DNA of 64,000 bases from Octopus vulgaris (GCA_951406725.2 OX597816.1:22692001-22756000); one strand, 5' to 3'. Counted from the first letter of the stretch, positions 26,060 to 40,009 are shown. Notes: generated from the letters alone by a model not told the origin. Numbers and translations: made by a program.

Positions 26060-26570
26060 TGTTTCTTTATTAGCCACACAGGGCTGCACACAGACAGGAC
26101 AAATTACAAGGTAGAGCTTTTCTTTTCGGGGTAAAAAAAAAGGGGGTTTGGTTTTCGATCAAAAGGGATCGTAAAAGGAAAGAAACAGGACAAAAAGTGG
26201 GGGATAAAATTTTTAAAAAAAAGGGGGGGGAGGGAAAGGAAAAAATTGATCAATAGGGATCGTTATCACTGAAATGTAAATATGAAGTGTAAAGGGGAGG
26301 ACAGGTGAGGTTTACCCGTCGAAAGAAAAGCCTACGGAAAAGACCACGGTAACCTCGGTCAATGAAGTCACATGTTATATTTCTTTTTTTCTTTTTTTTT
26401 TTGCAAATAAGCAACTCTCTGTATTAATTTTTACGGTTCATAGAATCATAGTCAAGGTGGCTTCGTCATTCATACGTGCCATCCTTACTACATTCACCCA
26501 TCTTTTTTTTAAACATTCACTAGACAAAACTTGCCTCTCTACTCTCACTTTCCTCTTCAAGTGATACAGA
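26060..26570 (-). mobile_element. Tx1/L1-like LINE 3' fragment with TSD
   Basis: Minus strand reads YHLKRKVRVERQVLSSECLKKRWVNVVRM..* (L1/Tx1 ORF2 C-terminus-like), a T-rich 3' UTR and an end of AATAAAGAAAC. Flanked by CAGGTAGA(C/T)AGATAGATA at 26042 and 26571. Confidence 0.7.
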
Positions 26571-28019
26571 CAGGTAGATAGATAGATAGATCTCTCAAAA
26601 GGGCGAAATTTGTATAAGTATCTGAATCAGGGGTGTCTATAGTCAAATACTAATAATTATCCTGTATATCAGTTTAAACATCAGTTTATATACGGTATTT
26701 CCTTCATCGTCCCTCTACATGTAAATACAAAGAAAACCGCACTTTTATATATCGGTATCCGGCGAATTTGTCAACAACAATTCATCTACGGATACAATTC
26801 ATCTACAACCACACATGTACACACACACGCATACAATCACACATACAACCACACACCGATAAATTCTCGTTGATGAATTGCTGTAGCCGAATTCACATAG
26901 AACCTTATATATCTCGTTCCTTTCCTGGTTTTGTGCATAATTGATGCAACAGGGAATACCTGTATCTTTTCCCGCGTTGTTGTACGCTGCTTTTTGCCTC
27001 TTGTATTCCGATGGCATCTTTTATTGAATGGTAGACTTCCTTCGCCACATCGTTTACCACCATCGTTTTACCTTTTGTTGAATGTAACAGAGTCATGGTT
27101 CATGGCTCTCAGGAGAAGTTCTTCCTTTTGTCTCCCTAACTTTAATTAGAAGCCAATTAAAATTCTTATAACGTCTCAATTTCTTCTTTGATTAAGCAGG
27201 AACTAGACATAACCACTCCATCGATGCAAATACTATTTCCTTTCACTAATAAATGTAGACTATCTACTTACGGTTTGCACTGAAATGTTGTCACTCTCCC
27301 ATATACTTCAAAACTATGCCAAACATACACAATAACCTGCGTATAACATGCTATCTGTTCCGTATTGCGTAAGAAGTTTTAGAAGAAATGTCTTTCATAA
27401 CCCAATAGTTAGTAAATAACTATTATCTACGAGTTACTTATGAAAGCTAATAAGCCTCTTGAATTCTCGATAAGCATGGTTTCAGAAAATTAAAATGCTA
27501 TCAAAGTTAATGGGTGACGTAGTTAATCCAATAAATTATATTTCATGAGAGGAAGTAAATTGAATATTTAGGCCTTTATATTGGAAAAGCTAAACCTTAT
27601 CTAAAATCTAAGTGCTTCTCCATAAACAAGAATTTTAGTTAAGTTTAAGTGAAGATTATATATATATATTTTTTCTTCAACCATAAATTTACGCTTCCCT
27701 TGAAAGCTTACACGGCAGGTTGTTGATAATTCTCATCATCGCTTTGTATACTGAGCTTTCTCTGTATCGAGCCCGCTCTAATTTGGTGAGCTCTGGGTTC
27801 ACTTTCCTCTCCAACCCTCACTTTGTTACACATCAACGACATGATCGTCATTACCTCCGAAATGTCAACTAAATATTAAAGTATGTAGTCCTACCTATCG
27901 ATTATATTTCAATTGTTCGCTTTGCGTATTAAATAAAATATTTTGAAAATTATATGGGGCTATTTATTTCATGCATGTTTGTATATAGATATACATGCGT
28001 GTATGTGTGTGTATACAGA

Positions 28020-28144
28020 GAGACAGACGGACAGACAGACAGACTGACAGACAGACACACAGGCAGACACACAGACAGACACACAGACAGACAGACAGAC
28101 AGACACACAGACAGACACACAGACAGACACACAGACAGACACAC

Positions 28145-28220
<76 letters not shown>
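28020..28220. repeat. (ACAG)n/(ATAG)n tetranucleotide tract
   Basis: Direct reading. Confidence 0.95.
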
Positions 28221-28221
<1 letters not shown>

Positions 28222-28539
28222 TATAGATCATTAACCTAAGATTAATTTTATAGATTTTGAGATAAAGCAAAATAATTCTTCTATGGAGCAGGAGATCTCA
28301 ACTCATTTGAAGTTGTAGATAATAGGATGTGATTATTGAATTGAAAAAGACTTTTGGTTAAGCTCTTCTATTCGACTTTTTCTAACCAATAATATTATAG
28401 GACCCAAATATTTTCATGTTTTTAAACAGAGCTTTAGTGTTTTCAAATTCATTGATCTACAACAAAACTATTTCAAGTTCTCTCAAAAGTATATTAATTT
28501 TTATGACGTCAAAAAATTACAATTCTCTATGGTAAAATA

Positions 28540-28750
28540 AAAGCCAAGGAAGAGAATCAACAGATTCTAGTCCCGTCCGACCTGGGCCCTCGGAAAGGAA
28601 GCTTCACTGTTTGAAGCAATTTGTTGAAAACGAACCGCGTTCGAAGGCTTCTGACATTGCAAAACAGCTAGAAGTTAGTTCAAAGTTTTAAAACGAATTG
28701 AGAAATCTGGAAGAATATTTTGGTCCAGTGGTAGAAAGCCTCTCATATCC
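28540..28750 (+). pseudogene. Degenerate Tc1 transposase N-terminal (HTH) fragment
   Basis: Manual translation SERKLHCLKQFVENEPRSKASDIAKQLEVS..RKPLIS, with frameshifts. Confidence 0.5.
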
Positions 28751-29082
28751 ACATGGGTTATGGGATTATGTTCCACAGCTACCTTTCCACGTTTCTTTCC
28801 TATCCAACATATACTTGCTATCATTTATAGCTTTTATTTTCAACGACACACAAACGAGAGGAACAGGGAAATATACTGACAGGCACATAGACAGACTCAT
28901 TGATTGAAAGATAGGTGGATAAATATACAAAGAGAGAGAGAAATACATGCAGTAATTATTTTACAATTATATTTCCGACTTATAGTTCTAACTAAAGAAG
29001 ACGAATATAAGATATATATTTAAGATTGATCTAATCTTATGCCTATGCAAACAGGCTTTTCTCTATATGCATCGAGAGTAAT

Positions 29083-29502
29083 AGACGCAGGAGTGGCTGT
29101 GTGGTAAGTAGCTTGCTAACCAACCACATGGTCCCGGGTTCAGTCCCACTGCGTGGCATCTTGGGCAAGTGTTTCTGCTATAGCCCCGGGCAGACCAATG
29201 CCTTGTGAGTGGATTTGGTAGACGGAAACTGAAAGAAGCCTGTCGTATATATGTATATATATATATGTATGCGTATGATTGTTTGTGTGTGTGTGTTTGT
29301 CCCCCTAGCATTGCTGGACAACCGATGCTGGTGTGTTTACGTCCCCGTCACTTAGCGGTTCGGCAAAAGAGACCGATAGAATAAGTACTGGGCTTACAAA
29401 GAATAAGTCCCGGGGCCGATTTGCTCGACTCTAAAGGCGGTGCTCCAGCATTGCCGCAGTCAAATGACTGAAACAAGTAAACGAGTAAAGAGTAAAGAGT
29501 AA
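29083..29502 (+). mobile_element. SINE family A, full length
   Basis: As 16195. Confidence 0.92.
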
Positions 29503-29852
29503 TGAAATATCTTTTCCAATTTTTACCAGGGTAGTTTATATTTGTATCCTATGAACTTAGAATGACTTTAATGGCAAATATCCGTATAGGACTTGCAAAA
29601 TCGGCAATATTGAAACTATTAAAATTGTGCGCTGCATTATCATAAATTAAATTATAAAGCCTCATTTTGACACATTTGCTCGCCTTCTACATAGAATAAC
29701 AATATTTATATATGTAAACAAAATTCAATATGTATGATAACGTTCTCTCTGCGTTTGCTTTCAGAAATAGTCGTCTGTGTTTCTATAAGCTCATACACAA
29801 ATACAGGCACATATATACAGACGCTTAAACACACACATACATTCACATATCC

Positions 29853-29908
<56 letters not shown>

Positions 29909-30088
29909 GCATATATTATATATTTATATTAAGTAATTCCTTCAACTCTACGTGCGAATGTATGCGCACGCAGGTGATTATATATATATTTGAGTGTAAG
30001 TGTGAACGACTATATACATCGTCATACATACATTCACACACACACATCTATATATACATGCGAGTATGTGAATGTATGACGAATTATA

Positions 30089-30150
<62 letters not shown>

Positions 30151-30537
30151 CATATATATATATATATATACGTGTCTGTTGTGTGTGTGTTTATGCATGT
30201 ATATGCATGTATGGCTGCTTGAATGTGCGGCTGTGATTATGGCGTCACACATGCATTGAAAATATATTTACGGTTTCCCATTATATATATCTATGTGTAG
30301 AACTAGTAAATGCTTCTAGTAAATACGATTATTTGTTTCTTAATGCAACTTTGTATAATAGAGAAGGAAAATCCAATAGGCTTCCTTTTTTTCCACGATA
30401 ACTTTAATGTAATGAATAAATTTCAGATAGAAATTAAATTTATAAATATGGAAGATAACAACAAGCCATTATAGATAAACGCACCTACACGCACATACAT
30501 TCATGCATATATATATATATATGTATGTAAATATACG

Positions 30538-30694
<157 letters not shown>

Positions 30695-30733
30695 ATATAT
30701 GTATATATATATATGTATATATATATGTACATA

Positions 30734-30776
<43 letters not shown>

Positions 30777-30777
30777 T

Positions 30778-30808
<31 letters not shown>

Positions 30809-31447
30809 GTATATATATATATTATGTATGTATGTATGTATGTATGTATGTATGTATGTATGTATGTATGTATGTATGTATGTATGTATGTATAGACACA
30901 AACACACACACACGTTCATACAATTTCCGTCTGCAAGAATTGATAAACGGATCCCTCAAATATTACACCTTCTTCTCGTTGCATTGAATACCTTCAAATT
31001 GAAAACATAATCGTGTATTCTTAATTGAAATCAAAATTCATGAGCATTAGGCTTCTTGTTAGATTTCCGTTGCAAATTAACTTATGTACGCTGCGTATTA
31101 AATCCTAACTTGGAAATTTATGAAGTTTTCAGAATATTTATATGTGTCTTATGAAATGCACACGTGACAGTTAGGATGTGTATGTCGAAAGGTGTGAGCA
31201 CACCAGTATTACCGTGTATGTAAGAATGTGCATATGGATGTATGTGTTTGGAGCCAGGACAAATACGTGAAGCGTTTTATTGGCTTGTCGTCATTAAGCG
31301 AGTTGTACGTGGAATGCCATTGTTTGGAGACGATTGATTTTCATTTAATCGCTCTCTCCGGTCTTTCATGGAGATGCGTGTATATGTTTATGCGCGTACA
31401 CACACACACACACACACTATGTATGTGTGTGTGTGTGTATATATATG

Positions 31448-31494
<47 letters not shown>

Positions 31495-31810
31495 GGGGCT
31501 GCGTATGTATATGTATGTGTGTATTATATGTATATATATGTGTGCATATATAACTTTGTATATATATATATATATATATATATATACGTTCTGAGTTCAA
31601 ATTCCGCCGAGGTTGACTTTGCCTTTCATCCTTTCGGTATCGATAATATACTGCATCTAGATACGTCGAGTTTTATTTTGGTGTGAACGAGCAGTTTGGA
31701 AATGTTCGTCAAATGGTTGAGCCATAGAATATTATTGTGGTTATAGGTAGGTAAACACGTAATATACAAGCTGAAAATTTAAAAGTACCTTCGAGAATAA
31801 ATATACACAA

Positions 31811-32209
31811 CCAGTAGTATCGCCCGGCGTTGCTCGTGTTTGTAAGGGAAATAACTATATAAGCATTTTTAGAGAGTTATAACCAAAAATAGCAAAAAAT
31901 GCATTAAAAATGGAAACAAAATTATGGTAATTTTTTTTTTTAAATCGTTGACTCATCGTAGACATTTTTAGAGAGTTACTTCCCTTATATAATAACGAAA
32001 CAAATGCATTAAAATGGAAAAAAATTATGGTAATTTTTTTTTTTTAATCGTAGACTCATCGTAGACGCGCGCTAATACCCAGAAGGGCTCGATATGAAAC
32101 ACAACTATAAGATACCTGGTTTTGGTTACACTGCACCGCAAAATGTGGGAGTAGTTAGGAATCTAAATCGTAGGAGACAGACACACAACTTGACTTTTAT
32201 ATATAAAGA
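31811..32209 (-). mobile_element. Non-autonomous Helitron
   Basis: TCTTTATATATAAAAG 5' end, slightly mutated hairpin/CTAG 3' end, internal duplication. Confidence 0.85.
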
Positions 32210-32776
32210 TATATACATATATTTTGATTAGAATTTCATTACACACACGAAATCGAACCAGTACACATAGAACGTGATGAGAAAGCAATACCATTAACTT
32301 ATCTAATCTTAAGCACGAACGCTTTTGTAAGTATGATCTTGATAGTGACTCACTTGTACATGAACCACAACATCGCCACCACGTGCAAGGTTTGAACAGG
32401 ATCTAAATATCACGAATTGTCACTGCATTTAAATGCGAAGAGACATTTACGTAACAGCTGTTATAAGTTTTAACAGCTGAAGTAACATGTTTTGGTCAGC
32501 ATGTCACCTTTTATGCATTAACGATGAATAAGCATATGCGCTATTGAGTGGATGTGTGTGTGTGGGGTGTTTACACTTTTACAAGAGTTCACTGTGTCTT
32601 CGACGTTTCGGCCTGCTGGCATCATTATACCAATCGTGATGTAGGCTGCCTAGCAGGCCAAATATTCCACGTTACTGTTACATCTTTTTTTTTTAAACGG
32701 ATAATAAATTTTAAAAGTAATTCTTTATTACAACTCGATAGGAATAGTAGTATTAATAATATTATATATATGTTAA

Positions 32777-33545
32777 GGCGCCGAGGTGGCAGAAACTTTA
32801 GCACGCCGGGCGAAATGATTTGTGGTATTTCGTCTGCCGTTACGTTCTGAGTTCAAATTCCGCCGAGGATGACTTTGCCTTTCATCCTTTCGGGGTCGAT
32901 TAAATGAGTACCAGTTACGCACTGGAGCCGATATAATCGACTTAATGCGTTTGTCTGCCCTTGTTTGTCCTCTCTGCATTTAGCCCCTTGTAGCTAGTGT
33001 AGAAATCGGTATTTGGTCTGCCGCTACGTTCTGATTTCAAATTCCGCTGAGATCGACTTTGCTTTTCATTCTTTCGGCGTCGATAAATCAAACACCAGTT
33101 ACGCACTGGGGTCGATGTAATCGACTTAATGCGTTCGTCTGTCCTTGTTTGTATCCTCTGTGTTTAGCCGCTTGTGGGTAGTAAAGAAATAGGTATTTCG
33201 TCTGTCTTTGTGTTCTGAGTTCAAATTCCGCCGAGGTCGACTTTGCCTTTCATTCTTTCGGGGTCGATAAATTAAGTACCAGTTATGCACTTGGGTCGAT
33301 GTAATCGACTTAATCCGTTTGTCTGTTCCCCGTTTGTCCCCTCTGCGTTTAGCCCCTTGTGAGCAGTAAAGAAATAGTTATTTCGTCTGTCTTTACGTTC
33401 TGAGTTCAAATTCCGCTGGAGGACGATTTTGCCTTTCATCCTTTCGGGGTCAATAAACTAAGTATCAGCTGCATACTGGTGTCGATCTAACTGAACCTCG
33501 TCTCGAAAAATTTCGGGCTTTGTGTCTTGAGCTGAAAAGATAAAT
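32777..33545 (+). mobile_element. SINE family B tandem array: one head plus four ~184-bp units
   Basis: Units start at 32824, 33008, 33192 and 33377; the last has tail 2. A further diverged copy follows at 33560-33780. Confidence 0.9.
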
Positions 33546-33885
33546 ATTATATATGTTTAAGGCGGTGAGACTTGCCGAATCGTTAGCATGTCAGACAAAA
33601 TGCTGAGAAGGGTTGCGTTCGTTTTTACGTTCTGGGTTTAAATTCCACGCAGAGATCGATCTTGCCTTTCATTCTTCCGAAGTCGATACAGTAAGTACCG
33701 GTGGAGCACTGGGGTCGATGTATAGGACTTACGCCCACCTCGAAGTTTCTCACCATACGCCAAAATTTGAACCCAATATTATCTGTTTATTACTAAATGT
33801 AATATATATATATATATAGTGTCTGTGTGGTGAGAGGCTAGCTTCCCAACGACTTTGTTGCGGTTTGAAAATGAAAAGAGCCCGT

Positions 33886-33945
<60 letters not shown>

Positions 33946-34002
33946 TGTAAAAAAAATACAGACTGGGATAAGAACGCAAAACATTTTGAAGAAGATACAA
34001 AA

Positions 34003-34060
<58 letters not shown>

Positions 34061-34299
34061 TAAAGTCAAAAAGAGGGTGAAAAATTGGATATTAATTTAT
34101 TAACATCAATTTAAACACTTTAAACACCAGTGGCCTAGCGTATAAAAGACTGAAATTCAGTAAATATTATTAATACACAACTATGAGAGAGAATCCACTA
34201 TGTGGACGATCTAACGCTAGATATAGTCCCTTTGCGGATCTATATCAAGCATAAGAGAGTCCACATTGTGGATTCTCTCTCATAGTTGTATATATATAT

Positions 34300-34533
34300 A
34301 CATATGTGTGTGTGTGTGCGCGCGCGCGCGTGTACACATATGTATGTGTTCTCCCCACAACATCGCTTGACAACCAATGCTGTTGTGTTTACGTCCATTT
34401 AACTTAGCGGTTCGTAAAAGAGACCGATAGAATAATTACTAGACTTACAAAAAATAAGTGCTGGGGTCGATGTGCTCGACTCTAAATGCGGTGCTCCAGC
34501 ATGGCCACAGTCAAATGATTGAAACAAGTAAAA
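34300..34533 (+). mobile_element. SINE A 3' half
   Basis: CATCGCTTGACAACC..GCGGTGCTCCAGCATGGCCACAGTC. Confidence 0.85.
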
Positions 34534-34573
34534 TAATAACAGATTAAAATACATATACACGTATATATATATC

Positions 34574-34803
34574 TATTTCTTTACTGCCCACAAAGGGCTA
34601 AACACAGAGAGGACAAACAAGGACAGACAAACGGATAAGTCGATTATATCGACCTCAGTGCGTAACTGGTACTTATTTAATCGACCCCGAAAGGATGAAA
34701 GGCAAAGTCGACCTAGGCGGAATTGAACTCAGAACGTAGCGACAGACGAAATACCACTAAGCATTTCGCCCGGCGCGCTAACGTTTCTGCCAGCTCGCCG
34801 CCT
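34574..34803 (-). mobile_element. SINE family B monomer (tail 1) with TSD
   Basis: Flanked by TACACGTATATAT at 34556 and 34805. Confidence 0.9.
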
Positions 34804-35003
34804 TTACACGTATATATGTATATATATCGCTAGCTAAGTTGATCGCTATGGAGAATTTTATTAGAAAGTTTGCTTAGAGTGTTTTTTGTCTTTTTTTTTC
34901 TGAAAGATTCTGCTATTTGTGTTTTGATTTCAAATACTACCCTTGTCGAATTTGATTTTCATGATTGGAGGATCGTAAGAGATGTCCCGTACATGGGTCT
35001 CAC

Positions 35004-35065
35004 CTCTCCGTATCTTTCTTTGTAACTGACATTGTCTATTCTGGTATAGCCGACTTCAGGCTTAC
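35004..35065 (-). CDS. Candidate 62-nt internal host exon
   Basis: Minus strand: ttcattttcAG|GTAAGCCT..GGAGAG|GTgaga; open reading (G)KPEVGYTRIDNVSYKERYGE in non-repetitive sequence. Product not recognised. Confidence 0.3.
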
Positions 35066-35231
35066 CTGAAAATGAATAGGTGCCAGGAGGTTTCAAAGTG
35101 TCCAAGACACGTTGTATTTCACAATGGTGCAGCACTTTACATGAATTACCGGAAGAACAATGATTACCAATTATTTAGGTATTAAGATGCACTTAAATAG
35201 TATTCTGTACATTCATTAAAAAAAACGGACG

Positions 35232-35266
<35 letters not shown>

Positions 35267-35552
35267 TATATAGTTATTCTCGTTTATCACTAATTTTTCA
35301 TTGATCAGTGATTCAGAATAACGCGATATACGAATTGTGAAATTTATTATGTTCTATTATTCATTTATCATTAATTCACTTAACACGGTGTTCTTGTAAC
35401 CAAACAGCCCCGATAAACGAGGACAAACTTAATATGTTAATATATCTGGGTCTAAATCAAATTGTACTCTATGCGTTCTGTGACCTTAAGCAGTAGCCTT
35501 CCTTACAATACGCCTCATTATTCTGTCATATCTCATATTTTTTTATATATTA

Positions 35553-35952
35553 CTAGCAGTATCGCCCGGCGTTGCTCGGGTTTGTAAGGGAAATAACTAT
35601 ATAAGCATTTTTAGAGATGTAAAGTATTATAGCCATCTCAATATGGCTAACCACAAAAGGGGGAGGGTGTTACTGTAGTTTTTTACGTTCTGAGATTTAA
35701 TAATAAATTTTTAGAGAGTTACTTCTCTTGTATATTCCAAAAATGCATTAAAAATGGAAAAGATTGATGGTAATTTTTTTTTTAAATCGTAGACTCATCG
35801 TAGACGCGCGCTAATACCCAGAAGGGCTCGATATGAATCCCGACTATATGATACCCGGTTTTGGTTAAATTGCACCGTAAAATGTGGGAGTAGTTAGGAA
35901 TCTAAATCGTAGGAGACAGACACTCACACAACCTCACTTTTATATATAAAGA
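35553..35952 (-). mobile_element. Non-autonomous Helitron
   Basis: A|TC..hairpin..CTAG|T on the minus strand, no TSD. Confidence 0.9.
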
Positions 35953-36799
35953 TATTTATTATATTTTAATTTTCTGATCCTATAAAGGTCTCTATCGTGA
36001 ACTTTACTCCATATTACCAGTGATTTGGTAAGCTGATTCCCTAAAAGACCCAAAGAATGAAAGTTTTGTAAAATATCACTTAACATGTTTAGAATTAGGT
36101 CATTGACCTCTCGTAGTAAGTAGAAGAATACGTGGGAACTGAAAGGTTATTCGTCTCACATTATATAAAGTTGTTGAATAAAACAGTGCCGTATCTTTGG
36201 ACAGTGGTATTTTTTATTTAAAGTTAGGAAATCTAGCCAACACTTATAACAACAAACATTATTCTATGTACACTCAGCAGGAAAACCGAAAAATCAAACG
36301 AGAATGGAAACTTTATGGTAAGTAACCGATTCATGAAACAGCTTAAGTGGTGTATTATGCTCTATAGTGGTTCAGTTAAGTGAATTATAATAGTTTCTGA
36401 GAGACAGGTTTAGCAATGTAAGTTTTTAAGCATCGTCTCCATCAATAAATTCTTACAGAATCACCGTATATTCAGGAGAAAGTACTGAGAAGTGAATTCA
36501 TAGAAGTGTGAGCTAAGCTTAATTTTCTTTCAGGCAATATTAACAAAAGCAGCACATCAATATTGAGAGCTGAAGGTTAATGAAGATATACATAAATAAA
36601 TAACATATATATAAGTTTACTATCATCGTGCTTCTGACTGTGTTAGCAGCTTCTGATGGCTGGCAGATTTCTTTAGTTAAGTGACCATGGGAACGGAATA
36701 GAAACAGACGTATCTTCTTGAAAACCTTTCATTCTTTAGCGAGCTGTGTGATTTCGATTCCTAGTTGGATCAAATTTATTTCATTCACGTCGGTTTTAC

Positions 36800-37482
36800 A
36801 ATATAGGAAGTGATAAGCATCACATAATATTACAGCGAAAAAAGAAGTCCAGGTTGGTAGGAAATGATTTTGATTTGCGATAAAACTTGCTTAATATTTT
36901 AAACCTAAAGCCTTAAACATTTCTAAATTAATATGTTGCCTGCTTTAAGGCGGTTAGATGGCAGAAACGTTAGCGCACCGGGCGAAATGCTTAATGATAT
37001 TCCGTCTGTTTTTACGTTTTGAGTTCAAATTCCGCCAAGTTCGACTTTGCCTTTCATTCTTTCGGGATCGATAGATTAAATAGCAGTTGCATTCTGTGGT
37101 CGATCTAATTGACTGCCCCTTTCCCCTAAAGATTTCCAGCCTTGTGCCTAGATTAGAAACGAATATAGGAAGTCTAAAGCATCACATAATATTAGAGCGG
37201 GAAAAGAAGCCAAGGCCGGTAGGAAATTATTTTGATTCACGATAAATCTTGCTTAAAATATTTTAAGGCGGCTAGCTAGTAGAAACGTTAGCACAACGGG
37301 CGAAATACTTAGCAGCATTTCGTCTGTCTTTACGTCTGAGTTCAATTTCCACCGAGGTCGACTTTGCCTTTCATCCATTCGGAATCGATAAATTAAGTAC
37401 CTGCCGCGTACTGCGGTCGATCTAATCGACTGGTCCCCTCCCTAAAATCTTCGGGTCTTTTGTCTAGAGTAGAAAAGAATAT
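36800..37482 (+). repeat. Diverged tandem duplication of unique flank + SINE B (tail 2)
   Basis: AATATAGGAAGT..AAGCATCACATAATATTA..GGTAGGAAAT at 36800 and 37162, each followed by SINE B (36948, 37266). Confidence 0.8.
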
Positions 37483-37844
37483 AAGGCCTACAATATTTAC
37501 ATCTCAAAAATATAGAATAGTAATATAATGTCTTTTACACCTTATGATTTCTTCACATTTACAAATACATTTCTTTGTATGTATAATATATCTGTGGTTG
37601 CAATGCTGTTGTGAAAAACCGAAATATTAATAACAAAATATTCAGCTGAAAGTTACCATGCATTAAATGCACGCATTGTTGAAGTGAATTAGTACACAAT
37701 GTTTCGTCCAGGGAGATACTGTCTCTCAACTGATTTATGGCTTATAGAAAACAATATTTATAATTTTCATACAAAGCAATGATATACATTTTTTTTATTT
37801 TATCTAGTTTCAGCTCACGCGCTGTGGCCTTGCTGGGGCGCCGC

Positions 37845-37963
<119 letters not shown>

Positions 37964-38625
37964 ATATATATATATATATATATAGTAGCAGCCTGCCAGA
38001 AACAGCAGCTAAATATATTTTTAAACTAATTTACACTCTCTTTATCAAATCAATATATATTGCATAATAGATTGTTAGAAACGCTATATTTAAATAAATG
38101 CTGGGACTATCACAGCTGGTAGTTCATTAGTTATGAGTCTGCTCTTGGTCTGAAGTTAACAACAATAAAAAAAATTACTCTCCAGTCATTGACATTCAGT
38201 TTTGGCGAAGTGCATGTGAATTATTTGTCACCTTCAGCCTGATAACTCCCACACCACAGAGAGTAAATAGGTAATATGCCATGGATGTTCCTCTCGTAAC
38301 ATACATCTATGTTCTTAGAAAGTAGTTTGTCTAGTATTTTTCATCGTATAATTTGTATATTTAAGTCTATATCTGTACATGATGGTGTGTCGTTCTACTG
38401 CTATTTTTCGCATCTTTGTGTGCATCTAGCGTATGCAAATATTTCTATATCATATCATTTGATATTCAAGTCAGGATATTTCCTTTTTTATTTCTGATCT
38501 GATGTAATATCTCATAATAGTAAATGAAAGGTCTGTACAAGTTACTACTGATGAGATTATGTTTCTTGGATATAAACATACATGCGCACACAACAACATG
38601 TAAACACATAACCACACATACCGTC

Positions 38626-38668
<43 letters not shown>

Positions 38669-38710
38669 TACACACACCTACTGGCACTCTCATGCTCTTA
38701 CATAAATATA

Positions 38711-38942
38711 TATTTCTTTATTGCTCACAAGGGGCTAAGCACAGAGAGGGAAAACAAGAACAGACAAACGGACTAAATCGATTACATCGACCCCAGTGCG
38801 TAACTGGTACTTATTTGATCGACCCCGAAAGGATGAAAGGCAAAGTCGACCTCGACGGAATTTGAACTCAGAACGAAGCGCCAGACAAAATACTGCTAAG
38901 CATTTAGCCCGGCGTGCTAACGATTCTGCCAGCTCGCCGCCT
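38711..38942 (-). mobile_element. SINE family B monomer (tail 1)
   Basis: Ends CCCCTTGTGAGCAATAAAGAAA on the minus strand. Confidence 0.9.
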
Positions 38943-39462
38943 TCTTCAATATTTTTGTTCCATTTATGTATGCAACGTCTCTCAACGCCAACACAATGAT
39001 TACACAAATACATGACCCCATACACACAAGCACCACTATACATACAGGCTTCCACCTCTCTAAACACATATATATATATACAACACAATAACACACAACA
39101 GTCTCAGAAGCGCCTGCATTCCTGACAGACATAATTACTCATACGTGCATCTACTTCTCCATACCTCTTCTCTTCTGAAATCACCCATCATAATACATCA
39201 TCCCCCAAAAGGTCTTAACTTTCATCCATTCTTTCCACCGATTATTTTCCCTTCTCAGCCTCTCTAAACTTCTCTCTTTATTCAAATGAAAGGCCACTGT
39301 CCGAAAAGTTAAAACACACTCTCTTTCATTTAAAGTGTTGTGTTGAGAAAATACAATATTTCTCAATTTTTGTCCTTTCTAATATTCATTTTTAACGTGT
39401 ATGTGTGTATATAATATTTAATACGTATGTGTGTATGATAATATATGTGTATATACATACCC

Positions 39463-39800
39463 TTTTACTCTTTTATCATGTGACTGTGGCCATGCTGGAG
39501 CACCGCCTGTAGTCGAGCAAATCGACCCGAGGACTTATTCTTTGTAAACCTATTCTTTGTAAGCTAAGTTTCGGGGACATAAACACACCAGCATATGTTG
39601 TCAAGCAGACACATAAACATACACAGACACACACACACACATATATATACGTACAACGGGCTTCTTTCAGTTTCCGTCTACCAAATCTACTCACAAGGCT
39701 ATAATAGAAGACACTAGCCTAAGGTGCCACGCAGTCGGACTGAACCCAGAACCATGTATTTCGTAAGCATGCTACTTACCGCACAGCCACTCTTGCGCCT
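39463..39800 (-). mobile_element. SINE family A with deletions
   Basis: Reverse complement of SINE A head and tail. Confidence 0.85.
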
Positions 39801-40009
39801 ACATATATGATAATATTTATATGATAATATATGATAATATATGATAATCATATATATGATAATATATGTATATACATATATACATATATAAATATATACT
39901 TTTATACTCGTACATATGTATGCATGTGTAGTTTTGTGCGCACGTTCATCTGTGTGTATGTTTGTGTGCGTGGGAGGGTGTTTCGTGTGTGTGTGTCTGT
40001 ATTTGCTTG

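Noticed and set aside
26799-27149. Overlapping short ORFs in unique sequence
   Set aside because: No recognisable domain or consistent splice signals.
27796-27843. GSLSSPTLTLLHINDM, resembling the RT motif QGSVLSPxLF..IND
   Set aside because: Only 16 codons and degenerate.
32597-32632. Minus-strand hammerhead-like remnant (ATAATGA-TGCC-AGCA-GGC-C-GAAACGTC)
   Set aside because: Core decayed and stem I not evident.
32824-33545. Regular repeat array as CRISPR
   Set aside because: Units are 184-bp SINE bodies without unique spacers; eukaryotic context and no cas genes.
36616-36685. Signal-peptide-like reading FTIIVLLTVLAASDGWQ
   Set aside because: No start codon or good acceptor, and it stops within a few codons.
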